From assembly GCA_008369845.1 (NCBI GenBank), contig MRSU01001220.1, positions 1-49,192 of the forward strand: 49,192 nt of DNA, written 5' to 3'. This stretch comes from Trichomonas gallinae. Its lineage: Eukaryota. Positions 1 through 10,696 of the stretch are shown in pieces (within the stretch, counting starts at the first letter, position 1; every line of letters starts with the position of its first letter). The notes under the pieces were generated by a model. The model did no database searches, was not told where the DNA came from, and worked only from the letters and a program-made list of their open reading frames with translations. Made by a program: the position numbers and the translations under genes.

Positions 1-191
1 ATTTTTCTGGGCAAAACGATAATTTTCAATACCGCATTGAAAAATTGAGACCGCTATTTGGTCGCGTAGCGGACCCTTAATTTACAACTTTTGAATGCAA
101 AAACAAAATAATTTATATATTGAAACATCGAGCTTCTGATTGTATTATATGAATTAATTCATCATCATGATAATTTGTTGTAAATCTATTT

Positions 192-524
192 ATGAGATGT
201 TGGAAACTATTAGGTCAAAGAAGCCAATGAGTGGGAAATGATCGATGAACGAAACAATGAAACTATTTCTTCAGACAGATATTACGAAACACCAAAAGAC
301 AAATGCAATTCTGGAAATCCTGAAAAACCAAAATGGGTGACATGTTCCACTTTTCTGTCAAACATTCGGGATATTATTCCAATAATATGTGACAAAACAA
401 ATGTAACGACACTTATACAATTGCTTTATATGCACCATATGCTAACGCTGTAAGTCTTTCTCGAATTCTCTTCTTCGGAAGAATAGAACGAGGAAAATTT
501 ATGCTAGCAATATATGTTAAATGA
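192..524 (+). pseudogene. Frameshifted remnant of an F5/8 type C (discoidin/galactose-binding-like) domain gene
   Basis: Joining frames gives MRCWKLLG / KEANEWEMIDERNNET (resembles the 'W.L.GS.DG..W..ID.R' motif) and later TYTIALYAPYANAVSLSRILFFG (resembles the terminal 'LS.I.FFG' strand). Frameshifts near 216 and 410. Confidence 0.5.
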
Positions 525-2226
525 AGGCATGTTTGGTGCAGCTGATATAATCTAAAGCTATCATGTAAATTATTATAATATATTATAATATTTTTTATCA
601 TCAGTTGTTTTATACATTTATTCTGATTCATTTTCAAAATAATCATGCAAACAGGAATAATTGTTATATCAAAAATGCAAGTTAATGATGAAAATGTCTT
701 AGATAGGGGATTCAAAAGGCAGCCATTATTGCAATAGTATGAAATATATGTTGAAAATTATCATATTGCTGAGATTTAACTCTTGATATTAAAATATTAT
801 GATCATATACTTATTAGTATCAATAATAAAATGTTAGTACCAATAAAGCAGGTAGTCTATCATCTATGAGAAGAAATTGTGACTATGGATATAGAAACCA
901 AGCGCTGCTCTAAAGTTTACATTGCGAAAGCAATCATCAATGAGATTTTTGTTAAATTGCAACTACTGGTGACTGATATGCTAGTAGCAATTCAGTCAAA
1001 ATAGAATATAATTTATCGAATAATAGAGTACATAACTTTCATTGAAAAAATAAAGCTAATCCCCGGGGAGTTGCTGTATTTTATTAATATAAGTTGATCA
1101 ATCATATCTAAATGAATGCAAAATGAATATAGATTGGATCATTTTCATTTACCACGAGAAGAGGTTTCCATTATACTGAGTCACATTTAATCTTTCTTGA
1201 CTAAGTTTAAGAAAACAAAAGATCTATTATATTTTTGACACGTAAAGTTTAATTGGCAAAGAAGACTCAAAAACAAAATAGATATAGTTGACGACTAAAG
1301 TTTGTTATATTAAATGGGAAGCATAGGATAAGAATACCAAGCTCTCAAATCAAAGCAAATTTTCCATATCTATGAGTCACTTCTTTATCATACATTAATC
1401 AAAGGTTCAAATCACGATTGTTTGCCATTGTACCAAATTTCAAGACAAATAATCTGTAAAGATTAACTCATATTATAAGGGTATTAATATAATATTTTTT
1501 ATTATCAATTTGAAATTAAAGAAAATTATATATGTAGCTGGATTTAGTTGATATATACAATGGAAGAAAGCATGAGTTAGATGTATACTATTCATTTCTT
1601 TGTATATTTTTTTGATTTTATAATGTTATTATTGCTTTTCTCATTAATTAATTGATTTAGTTGAATGTATATGATGTAGTAATATCAGAAATCTATAACT
1701 TAATGAGCCAAAAATGTATATTTTTTTGGAAAAAATTGAAAATTATACAAATGAATTGAAATCATCTCATTGTATCCCTATTGATCCAATAAGATGCTTG
1801 GGCAGAAAAAATACTCTTAATTAGGATAGGACCTGTAAAATTAATTAATTGTCACCATTGACTTTTAATTGCAATAGTTTTATGATGCATGGGCTAAATA
1901 ATAAAAATATAATTCCGTTTGCTTCGAAATGGAGTTCATCAAGAATTGATTAATTTGGAAGTGGGAAATTATGGTGTTAATGAGTTTTGAAACGGATTCT
2001 CTACTTGTATGACAATGGTGACTGAGTTCCTTAATATTAAAATCGTTTTGCAATGTTATTCGCTGAAAAATTGCAAATCAAAAATAAAAATTATCAAAAA
2101 TATCGGTGATAGTAGCGGCAACTTCAGGATATGCCTGAACGAACCATTATACAATTAAGCTTTAATTCTAAAATTCATAATATTTCCCCAATTTTATTTT
2201 GTCAGACCCTTATTTTGTAATTGATA

Positions 2227-2292
2227 ATGACCCAGAACACTGATATGATCCCCATAAATTGATCCCCGAACACTGAAATGATCCCCATAAAT
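2227..2292. repeat. 33-bp tandem duplication within a probable gene remnant
   Basis: Two copies of ...gaacactga(t/a)atgatccccataaat. On the minus strand this reads IYGDHFSVRGS/IYGDHISVLGH. Confidence 0.85.
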
Positions 2293-2955
2293 AACAATAA
2301 TGATGCCAACCATATTATTTAGTCAGTCAAGTATATGTATCAATAGCCAGGATGAACTAACATTTTGTTGTTCAAGTCAGAATCGAACTCTTGTTTTTCA
2401 TCATGAATCTTCCACCTATTTTTAATAATAGTAGTAGATGTATCTAATATTCATGTGATGATGCAAATGTTTTGATTTTGCCATAGAACTTGCCAGTTAG
2501 CATAAAATTTGTCACATTGTATATATGCACCTAACATTAATAATCATTAGTTATTTAGTTGATAATTTTTGGGAAATGTAATAAAAAAAAATTGAATTCA
2601 TAAACGACATAAAATTGCTCCTAAAATATTTTAATTACGTAAAAACATTCGTAAAATGTATGGAAGCATTCTTGCAAGAATTCAAAAAATTCTTGAAAGA
2701 TTTTCAAAAAATTCAAAAAATTCAAAAAAGATTTTCCCTAAAAATGTGATATACGTGTTGCTTGATATGTATAGGTAACTTTCCATCATCTTGCTTTACT
2801 TTGACAAGAATAAACAATAATTGCATAATTCATGCTCATGTGTAGTAATGCGAAATTATTTTGATTATAATGATTAATTATTTCAATATTGTTTCAAAAA
2901 AATTCTTTTAATTTCGATATTTGAATATTTCAAAGGGAACCGACCAGTTCTAAAC

Positions 2956-2960
2956 TCATT
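2956..2960 (+). promoter_or_regulatory. Initiator (Inr) element
   Basis: TCATT 8 nt upstream of ATG 2969. Confidence 0.7.
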
Positions 2961-2968
2961 AATTTTAA

Positions 2969-5900
2969 ATGCTGGCTATACTTCTTAGCCGCGCTTTGTC
3001 CAACCACATCGTAGTGGCAAGGCCAAATGATATTTCAAAGACAGCTTTCGATCTTAAATACGTTGAAAAGAGTGGCAAAGAGACATCCCTCACAGGAGGT
3101 GAGGGTTTCTATGTTGCCTATCGTGAATACGAAGGAGGTGGATTTACACCAGGTGAAATCCAGTTATTGACATATAACAAACAAATCAATACGAATCACG
3201 CCAAGGTTTACTTTGATACAATGGCGGACCGTGATCCGAATAACAAGCGTGTACACATTGTCGTCCAAAACATTCACTCTAGCGAGAGAGTCAAGTTTGA
3301 TCTCGGTATTTTTGCTGATGCTAACTTTAAGACTGACAATGATACTTTATCAATGATTCACAATCACAGAGCGTTTGAGATCAGTTCTGCAAATAATGAC
3401 GGAAGTGTTGTTATGCTCATTGTTAATGGCTCCATCTATCCAAGCGTTGACTCTTTGTACCTTGGCGAACTTCCGCATTCTGAGGCAATAGATGGGCATA
3501 ATTATCCATACTGGCAGAAATCAGAGAATTTCACAACACCTAGACAGGATTCAGTTTTTGCTTTTTCATGGCAAGAGCGTGAGATTGAAAGCGGAAAAAT
3601 GGAGATGTTCGGTTTCATAGCTGTTCCAAACAACACATACTCAATGGAACCATTCATTATTGATCAGACATCAGATTTCCTTCATGTATCCGGCTATCAT
3701 GAACTTAAATACGAAGTCCTTGATTATGACAACAACGATAAAGTCACAGTCTACATCGAAATCAATGGTCAAGTCAAAAAGACAGAAGCAGTTCCTTTCG
3801 ATCCAAAGAATGATAAAGTTTCAAAAATTGTGAGGTATTCAATCAAATTTGAAGATGAAAAAGTTTACAAGATTAAGGTTTGGGCTGTTGATAGCACTGG
3901 CTTTAAATCAAAACCATATGAAAAAACTTATATTGGAGATCTCGCTAAAAAACCAGTATTGCACATTGATACCAGACCTGCAGAAAACTACAAACCAAAA
4001 GACATCATTACTGTGATGGGAAGAATGGACGATGAAGAAGCTGCTACTTTATACTACCAATTTGACAACAACAAAGCAATGAAGTATGGCAATGAACGCG
4101 TCACATCATATATAGGTTTCGAAACCTTTACGATTAATGTGCAAGTTCCAAATGAACTCGAAATTGGAAAACCACACAATATCACCATTTGGGCGGTTGA
4201 TGATGTTGATCTCCCGTCAGAAAAATTTGTTTACACATTCCAGCTTATCAAGCCAGATGAGCCTTACATTGGTGAAATAGCTTTATCTGATGAAAGAGTT
4301 CCACTTGGCCAAGAAACCCGCATTGTCATCTATGGTGATGGCACAGATCCAGATGCTTCTCAAGTTGTTACAGTAATGGCCAAGTTTGATAACGGACCAG
4401 CAACATTTGTTGGTAATTTCACATCAACTTCCAGAGTTGAGCCATTCGCTTTCTTCTACACCATTTACCCCAATGCAACAAAAGGACGTCATACAGTTTC
4501 AATTCTTTTGCATGATGACAATGGGAGAAGTTCCAGCAGAGAATGGCCTTTACAAATCCTCGTTTGGGATCCAAATGCAGCACTTCCTCCAGCAGAAGTC
4601 GGACAAATCCTCGATGTCAGCAAGGAAACAATCCATATGGACCCACGCAGATCCTTATTCAATCTCCACTATGTCAGCAAAGATGGAATCAAATCCAAGA
4701 TGACATTCAACGATGAAGGCTACTATGCAGCATTCAGAGTTCACAAACGCCCAGATGGTGGACCAGCATCTGAGCCACATATTCTCAGATACTCTGGTGA
4801 GTCCAAGACAAACATGATTGAAGACAATTTCAATGTCACATACACATGCGAACACGATGAAGTGACCGGATATATGAAGCTTAAATTTGTTGTTGTAAAC
4901 AACAACTTCTTCCCGAAGCTCTTCGATCTTGGTGTCTTCGCAGACTCTGATTTCTCAGGCGACCAAGACACCACAATTAAAATGAGGGATGACGGTTTGG
5001 GAATGATTGTCACAAACGAAAAATTAGGCATCCACTATACAATCTTCACAAGGAATGTTCTTGGTTCACAGCCAGTCACAAACATGTTCATGAAGGATAT
5101 GGAAAGACATGGAACAGAGCCTATGCCTTACGACCAAATTCCATTCTTCAACAAAACAGATGAGCATACTCCTTTGAAAGGTGGCAATACAGCTTATGGA
5201 TTCTCATGGACTGTACCAGTTAATCCAGACGAGGAGACAACATTTGCTGTTTTGGTTGCTGCTCACGATAAGGTCAAGACACCACCAAGAGTTATTGATA
5301 ACTCAATCGTTCCATCTGCTCTCCAAGTAGGTGATACAGTTAAACTTTCATTCGAAGTTAGAGATTCCGACCTGGGCGAAAAATTACATGTCAATGTTTC
5401 GGTACTAAAAACATTTGATGAAAGTTTTCAACCGATTGTTGAAAATATGGATTTCGAGTTTACCGAAAATGGAACAGTAGGAGTATTTAACTGGACGTAT
5501 ACAGTTTCAGAGGATGACCTCTATTTCATGTATAGGGTCATGGCCATGGATATGGAAGAAGGTGCAAGATTCACATCGAACATGATCCAAGGTCTTGCTT
5601 TTATTGACGCACCACCATCAATGAGCTTATATCCACTTCGACGCCATTATCACAGCAAGCAAAGGATTGAATTATCAGGAATAATTGATGATCCAGAGGC
5701 TTTGCATGGCCTTGATGTGTATAATGCTGCATATCAATTTACGGATGGAAATTATAGGAGCAGAATGACATTCTTCCCAGATCGTGCTATCGATAGTGCT
5801 GGTAGATTTAATTTTGATATTAGTATTCCAGAGGAAGTTTATCCAAGAGATAAAGAGTGGGGAATTGTTATCTTTGCAGTGGACAATTATGGTGGCAGAT

Positions 5901-6262
5901 CCAAGGAAACCCAAGCATCCTTCACACTTAATCCATACAACCCACCTGTACTGAAGAGAGTAGGACTTAACAAGAAGGCAGCTAGATCTGGCGATAAACT
6001 TCTTGGTTTCGCTGTTATTAATGATAAGGAGAAGCAGGACCTTAAACTCTTTGCTAAGGTTGGCAAAGACTCTAAATATACACAAACAAGTCTTTTAACC
6101 ATCAACAACGCAGTAAACACAGGCTCGGATAAACCAGTTGCTTTCTACTGGCAAGTTCCAGCAGGCACTCCTTCACAAGTTGCCGACATTTACTTCAAGT
6201 TGACTGATTTTGATACTCTTGACTCAGAAGAACAAAGAGTCACACTCATTATCACTGAATAA
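2969..6262 (+). CDS. Large secreted Bap-like/Ig-like repeat protein with an internal two-fold duplication
   Basis: 1097 aa; short N-terminal signal MLAILLSRALS; two homologous halves (FDLKY..EGFYVAYR..FDLGIFADANF..FAFSW vs FNLHY..EGYYAAFR..FDLGVFADSDF..YGFSW), each followed by beta-rich repeats ending 'I.VWAVD..G..S'. No C-terminal TM. Stop overlaps TAAA. Confidence 0.8.
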   Translation: MLAILLSRALSNHIVVARPNDISKTAFDLKYVEKSGKETSLTGGEGFYVAYREYEGGGFTPGEIQLLTYNKQINTNHAKVYFDTMADRDPNNKRVHIVVQNIHSSERVKFDLGIFADANFKTDNDTLSMIHNHRAFEISSANNDGSVVMLIVNGSIYPSVDSLYLGELPHSEAIDGHNYPYWQKSENFTTPRQDSVFAFSWQEREIESGKMEMFGFIAVPNNTYSMEPFIIDQTSDFLHVSGYHELKYEVLDYDNNDKVTVYIEINGQVKKTEAVPFDPKNDKVSKIVRYSIKFEDEKVYKIKVWAVDSTGFKSKPYEKTYIGDLAKKPVLHIDTRPAENYKPKDIITVMGRMDDEEAATLYYQFDNNKAMKYGNERVTSYIGFETFTINVQVPNELEIGKPHNITIWAVDDVDLPSEKFVYTFQLIKPDEPYIGEIALSDERVPLGQETRIVIYGDGTDPDASQVVTVMAKFDNGPATFVGNFTSTSRVEPFAFFYTIYPNATKGRHTVSILLHDDNGRSSSREWPLQILVWDPNAALPPAEVGQILDVSKETIHMDPRRSLFNLHYVSKDGIKSKMTFNDEGYYAAFRVHKRPDGGPASEPHILRYSGESKTNMIEDNFNVTYTCEHDEVTGYMKLKFVVVNNNFFPKLFDLGVFADSDFSGDQDTTIKMRDDGLGMIVTNEKLGIHYTIFTRNVLGSQPVTNMFMKDMERHGTEPMPYDQIPFFNKTDEHTPLKGGNTAYGFSWTVPVNPDEETTFAVLVAAHDKVKTPPRVIDNSIVPSALQVGDTVKLSFEVRDSDLGEKLHVNVSVLKTFDESFQPIVENMDFEFTENGTVGVFNWTYTVSEDDLYFMYRVMAMDMEEGARFTSNMIQGLAFIDAPPSMSLYPLRRHYHSKQRIELSGIIDDPEALHGLDVYNAAYQFTDGNYRSRMTFFPDRAIDSAGRFNFDISIPEEVYPRDKEWGIVIFAVDNYGGRSKETQASFTLNPYNPPVLKRVGLNKKAARSGDKLLGFAVINDKEKQDLKLFAKVGKDSKYTQTSLLTINNAVNTGSDKPVAFYWQVPAGTPSQVADIYFKLTDFDTLDSEEQRVTLIITE

Positions 6263-6407
6263 AATAGCAATTGTTAATATAATTCTCTAAAACATATTAT
6301 TAAAAGTAATAGATTTAATTTCATAATACAAAACATTTTTAATTTAAGAACGAGCAATGGATAAATAGAAGCATAGTGTAAATGTGCAAGTTATGCGTGC
6401 TGCTTTG

Positions 6408-6671
6408 TTATAATGAATCTCCAGTGTAAGAAACAATATTCAATGAGATAGAGTCATGATCATTTCTAGACATAAGCATGTCATCATCGTTTTTACGTTG
6501 TTTCCTCGCTTGTATTATCTTCGCTATGTAGAAGATAAATAATAAAAAGTTAATTGAAAAGAATATAGTAATAAAAATATAGTAGCGATGCTGTAATTTT
6601 TCACCTGAAATTGGATTCTTTTGTAATGGTGTATAAGGCTCAAAATAGGGCGAATTTTCACCAAGCCTCAT
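6408..6671 (-). CDS. Small single-pass membrane protein (87 aa), hypothetical
   Basis: ATG at 6671 preceded by TCATAT. One hydrophobic segment (YYIFITIFFSINFLLFIFYIA) followed by basic RKQRK. Two TGACATGTAAA motifs upstream. Confidence 0.5.
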   Translation of the reverse strand: MRLGENSPYFEPYTPLQKNPISGEKLQHRYYIFITIFFSINFLLFIFYIAKIIQARKQRKNDDDMLMSRNDHDSISLNIVSYTGDSL

Positions 6672-7329
6672 TATCAATATGAATTTGACATGTAAATAAA
6701 CTTATGCCAATAAACTATTATTTGACATGTAAATTATCCTGCATCATGAATTAACCGATATTTTAGAAACAAAATTAAGATATGTTAATGAAATACTATT
6801 TTAACTTCATCATCATGGGAATGTTGTAGGAACACGTAAAAAAGTATTTTTTAGAGCTTGAAACTTTGACATAATTCGAAAATGAAATATCTTCGTTTTA
6901 TTTGGAGAACTTGATGCTGCACAATACTGATGGATCATAAACTTTAAAAACCAGTGGTCTCAGACGCTATTCTATATTCTATGCTGGTGTTGTTGTTCGA
7001 ATCTATTTCATTGAATAATAATCATTTCACTATCATAGTTGATGCGCCTTTATCATTCCTTAATTTCATATGGAATCACTTGCAAATAAAGCAAAACAGA
7101 ATACATATATGTAATGTATTCATGGCATCAATACAAACGCACAAAGAAGTTTATTCGATTAAATCAATTGATGATGATAAAAAACTGACATTTAATATTT
7201 AGCTATCATCAACTGTGGTTCACATATTAGCAGTGATGATATTGGCTACACTGAGTGAACCACAGATAAACAAATATTTATGTTTTAATCAAAATCATGA
7301 TGGATAAAAAAAATTGAGGAGGGTCTTAT

Positions 7330-7443
7330 GTCACTTTTCGATTAACGATTAAAAAAAAAAATTCAAAGAAATATCTAACGATAGAAACGGTTTGGTCGAT
7401 GGGTCATGACACTTTTTGAGATTTGTCCGTAAATCTGTCACTT
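7330..7443 (+). promoter_or_regulatory. Myb gene promoter: reverse AAAAGTGAC, MRE-like TAACGAT x2, M3-like AACGGTTT, Inr
   Basis: GTCACTTTT 7330-7338; TAACGATT 7343-7350; TAACGATA 7376-7383; AACGGTTT 7386-7393; TCACTT 7438-7443. Confidence 0.6.
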
Positions 7444-7445
7444 AG

Positions 7446-7982
7446 ATGAATTTTACAATGAACCAGCTCCTCCGTTTGCAATTCCAGACGCCAAGGAAGA
7501 CGCACCCGAAGGTTAAGTTCACCGTCGAGGACGACGCGAAGCTGAAATCAATCGTAGAAGAATACGGCGAAAGCGACTGGAATCTTATCTCTCAGAAAAT
7601 GGAGACAAGAAACCCCCGCCAATGCCGCGAAAGATGGGAGAACTATCTCTCACCACGTGTAAATCACACGCCTTTCACACAGGACGAAGATCTGAAACTT
7701 TTGCAATCCTATGAGGAATTAGGTCCGAAATGGGTTGCGATTTCCAAGAGATTCAATAATAGAACAGATATTAGCGTCAAGAGCCGCTGGATGGTTCTTA
7801 AACGCCGCAATATTACTAAAGAATCAATTATGAATCAGCGCCAGATAACTGCAGAAGAAATCAAGAACGATTACCAAGAGAGAAGTGCTAATGTTGACAA
7901 GATTATACAGAGGCTTGCTGACATAGCTGAATTCTCTGATACAGAATGGACATCATTTGAGATGAACGCGGTTTGTTTCTAA
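7446..7982 (+). CDS. R2R3 Myb-like DNA-binding protein
   Basis: Two Myb repeats: FTVEDDAKL..DWNLIS..RNPRQCRERWENYL and FTQDEDLKLL..GPKWVAIS..RTDISVKSRW. Confidence 0.95.
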   Translation: MNFTMNQLLRLQFQTPRKTHPKVKFTVEDDAKLKSIVEEYGESDWNLISQKMETRNPRQCRERWENYLSPRVNHTPFTQDEDLKLLQSYEELGPKWVAISKRFNNRTDISVKSRWMVLKRRNITKESIMNQRQITAEEIKNDYQERSANVDKIIQRLADIAEFSDTEWTSFEMNAVCF

Positions 7983-8448
7983 TTTTCTATGCATATTGTT
8001 TATAATAATAAGGGATGTGGTGCACATTACGTCATTATCTCCTCAAATTTGTTTTACTCTTATGTTTTTTTTTTAAGATTTATCAAATTTCATAAATTCT
8101 ATCTTTTTACTCCTGTAAATTTTTCAACATCTTTCATATATGGTTTCCTTTCACACCAAATCGCTCAAAAAAGCTATTTATATTTATTTATAAATATTTT
8201 TCTAGATTTTCTTGTCAACACTCATTGAAAAAGATATGTGCATATTATGTAGCATTTTTACCTCTCAATAAGTAAAAAACAGAGAGATCATTTGAACAAA
8301 TCAATAAAACTAGAATCTTTGCTTGGGATGAGTGCATTGTCATATATAGACACTAGGGAATCGATGGTGTGAATATTTTTGAGTTGGTTACGGTATATAT
8401 GAATTTTGTTAAATAAGGTTATATATTAAGGTTATTTAAAAATTTTTC

Positions 8449-9144
8449 ATGTTTTTTCTTTTGACGATTTTTTCTTTTTCTTGGGGTCCAATTTTTCATC
8501 AGACCTGCGCTGAAGAATTCGTTAACGAGTTCCTATCGAATTTGACACACACACAGCGCCATTATTTCATTTTAGGCAATATTTACATCGATTCTTTACC
8601 AAGAAATACGTATCACAATCTAAATAACCTTTTAAATCTTCTCAGTAAGAGCAAGACTAACAATATCTATTGGTTTAACATGGGAATGCTGCTACATTTG
8701 ACTGTGGATTTATTTGGACATATGGGAAAACCACATTCATATCTACCATTGCGTAGTAGGCCAAGACACTACTTCGCAGAGTTCGTCGTTTGCTCATCAA
8801 CCCTTCATGATATTAATGTTACAAAATATTACTTGACAGACGAAGCAAGAAAGCATTTGACAAGTCTAAATGGCCGTAAATGGCGAATTTATGAATATTT
8901 GGAGAATTTTATTCATAAATTTGGAAAATTGCCTTGGCAACATTTCCTTTCAACAATAGAGGCAGATACGTGCAAAGAATGTAATCCAAGCTCCTTTGCT
9001 ATGAGTAATTTGAAACTTCATAAAACTGCAATTAAAAACGCAATGTGGGACACATTTGTTGCCTACGCGAACGGAGTTCTTACGGAGAAAAAACATGTTG
9101 AACTTGTATTTGCCGAGTTCAAAAGAATTCATTGTTGTTATTGA
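8449..9144 (+). CDS. Secreted zinc-dependent phospholipase C / P1-nuclease superfamily protein
   Basis: Signal peptide, then WGPIFH at the mature N-terminus; GNIYID, TYH, GMLLHLTVDLFGH and HYFAE match the W-H..D..H..H-D-H..H-E zinc-ligand pattern. Confidence 0.75.
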   Translation: MFFLLTIFSFSWGPIFHQTCAEEFVNEFLSNLTHTQRHYFILGNIYIDSLPRNTYHNLNNLLNLLSKSKTNNIYWFNMGMLLHLTVDLFGHMGKPHSYLPLRSRPRHYFAEFVVCSSTLHDINVTKYYLTDEARKHLTSLNGRKWRIYEYLENFIHKFGKLPWQHFLSTIEADTCKECNPSSFAMSNLKLHKTAIKNAMWDTFVAYANGVLTEKKHVELVFAEFKRIHCCY

Positions 9145-9442
9145 AATTTTCTTTTTTCTTTTGTTTTTTGTATAAATATTAGCTTCTTCCATGATATAAT
9201 CCTATATTTTCTGATCCCGAAACTATCTTAATGATATATTTTTTTTTTTAATTATTTTATGTGTTTTAATGCAGCAGCAGTTGATATATTCATGCATAGA
9301 TGCTATATTTCCTAATCTATAAGTAATTAAGCAGAATTAGAGCTTTTTTAAAAATTCACATCAATATATATAACAATTTCAAAAAATTAGTACAAAAGAG
9401 AAACTCTATGTTTATTAATTTTAAGAATATAACATATATATA

Positions 9443-10696
9443 TTACAATTCTGGGATAGCACCAGCTTGAGAAAGTTTTCTGCTGAGATTTGAATCATCT
9501 TCATTGTCGAGTGAGTCTTCCTCCTCATTAGCGTTCTGAGCTCCCTTCCTGAATGTGAAGATACCGAAGATGATTGACAAAACCTGGATTCCTACGAAGA
9601 ACAAGAAAGCGTAGCCGAGTGTAAGAGACTTTTCCATGAAAGGCCAGATGAGAACAACGATACCACCGATGATCCAGTTCTCTGCACCAGCGATTGCCTG
9701 TCCTAATGATTTCATTTCGACGCGGAAGAGGTTAGATGAAGCGGCAAATGGGATTGGACCAGTGCCAACACCATAAGCAAGCTGTTGAAGGAATAAACCA
9801 ATCATGAAAACCCAAGATGGAAGATTAACTTTTTGATGTAAGCAAAGAAGAACGAACGCAACTAACTGACCAATGGCTGAGAATGTCCAGCAGACCATGT
9901 TGCCAAGCTTGTCGACAACAACAGCTGAAATGATTGTAGAAATGAGTTGGACGATGTTTGTTAAAATACCGATTAAACCACTTGAGATGCTAAGATGAGC
10001 ACTCTCGAGAATGATTTGCATGTTGGACATAACAGCGTTGATGCCTGAGAATTGCAAGAAGAACATCAATAAGAAAGAAATGAATAATTCCTTCTTATAT
10101 TTGAAGATTTTTGTGATTGAAACCTTGATTGCTGGCATTTCTGACTCTGGGATGAATAATATACCGCAAGCAACGACCAATGATGGGAATGCGCAAAGAA
10201 TTGAAACATATCTCCAGCTGAGATAAACACCTAGGATTGTAACGATTAAGAAACCAGTGCAAATGCCAAGCTGGCTCATGAAACCGAACAAGAACTTTCT
10301 CTCTGGTGGAGCAACCTCAGATAAGAATGTTGGAGTAATTGTTGAATATAGACCAATTGTAATACCTGTCAATGCACGGAAAGCAAAAACCATTGCCTTG
10401 TTCTGTGATAATCCGAGAAGAACCCAAGCAATTATGCCGTAAATTCCGCAAGCAAATCCACACCATCTCTTTCCGAAGCGTGAGACGAACGGATTGATTC
10501 CCAATGAGCCAATAGCAGCGCAGAAGATACCAAGGCAGTTAAACAACGCGCCATCTGATGTAGAAAGTCCAAATTGATTCGAGATTGCTGTTAAAGTGAA
10601 AGAAGAGTACACGAGACCCATGCCCATGTCGATACCACCCATGGCAAGGATGATGCCGCTGACATATGGATTAGAGATCTTCGGAAGATTAACCAT
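9443..10696 (-). CDS. Major facilitator superfamily sugar transporter
   Basis: About 12 TM segments; SRFGKR, FLSEVAP, IPES, FLQFSGIN, DKLG and GTGPIPF sugar-porter motifs. Confidence 0.95.
   Translation of the reverse strand: MVNLPKISNPYVSGIILAMGGIDMGMGLVYSSFTLTAISNQFGLSTSDGALFNCLGIFCAAIGSLGINPFVSRFGKRWCGFACGIYGIIAWVLLGLSQNKAMVFAFRALTGITIGLYSTITPTFLSEVAPPERKFLFGFMSQLGICTGFLIVTILGVYLSWRYVSILCAFPSLVVACGILFIPESEMPAIKVSITKIFKYKKELFISFLLMFFLQFSGINAVMSNMQIILESAHLSISSGLIGILTNIVQLISTIISAVVVDKLGNMVCWTFSAIGQLVAFVLLCLHQKVNLPSWVFMIGLFLQQLAYGVGTGPIPFAASSNLFRVEMKSLGQAIAGAENWIIGGIVVLIWPFMEKSLTLGYAFLFFVGIQVLSIIFGIFTFRKGAQNANEEEDSLDNEDDSNLSRKLSQAGAIPEL

Noticed and set aside
51..72. CCGCTA...TAGCGG hairpin
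   Set aside because: Only 6 bp; more likely promoter motifs of a gene outside the window
2675..2735. AATTCAAAAA-type short repeats
   Set aside because: Low-complexity sequence; no unique spacers, not CRISPR-like
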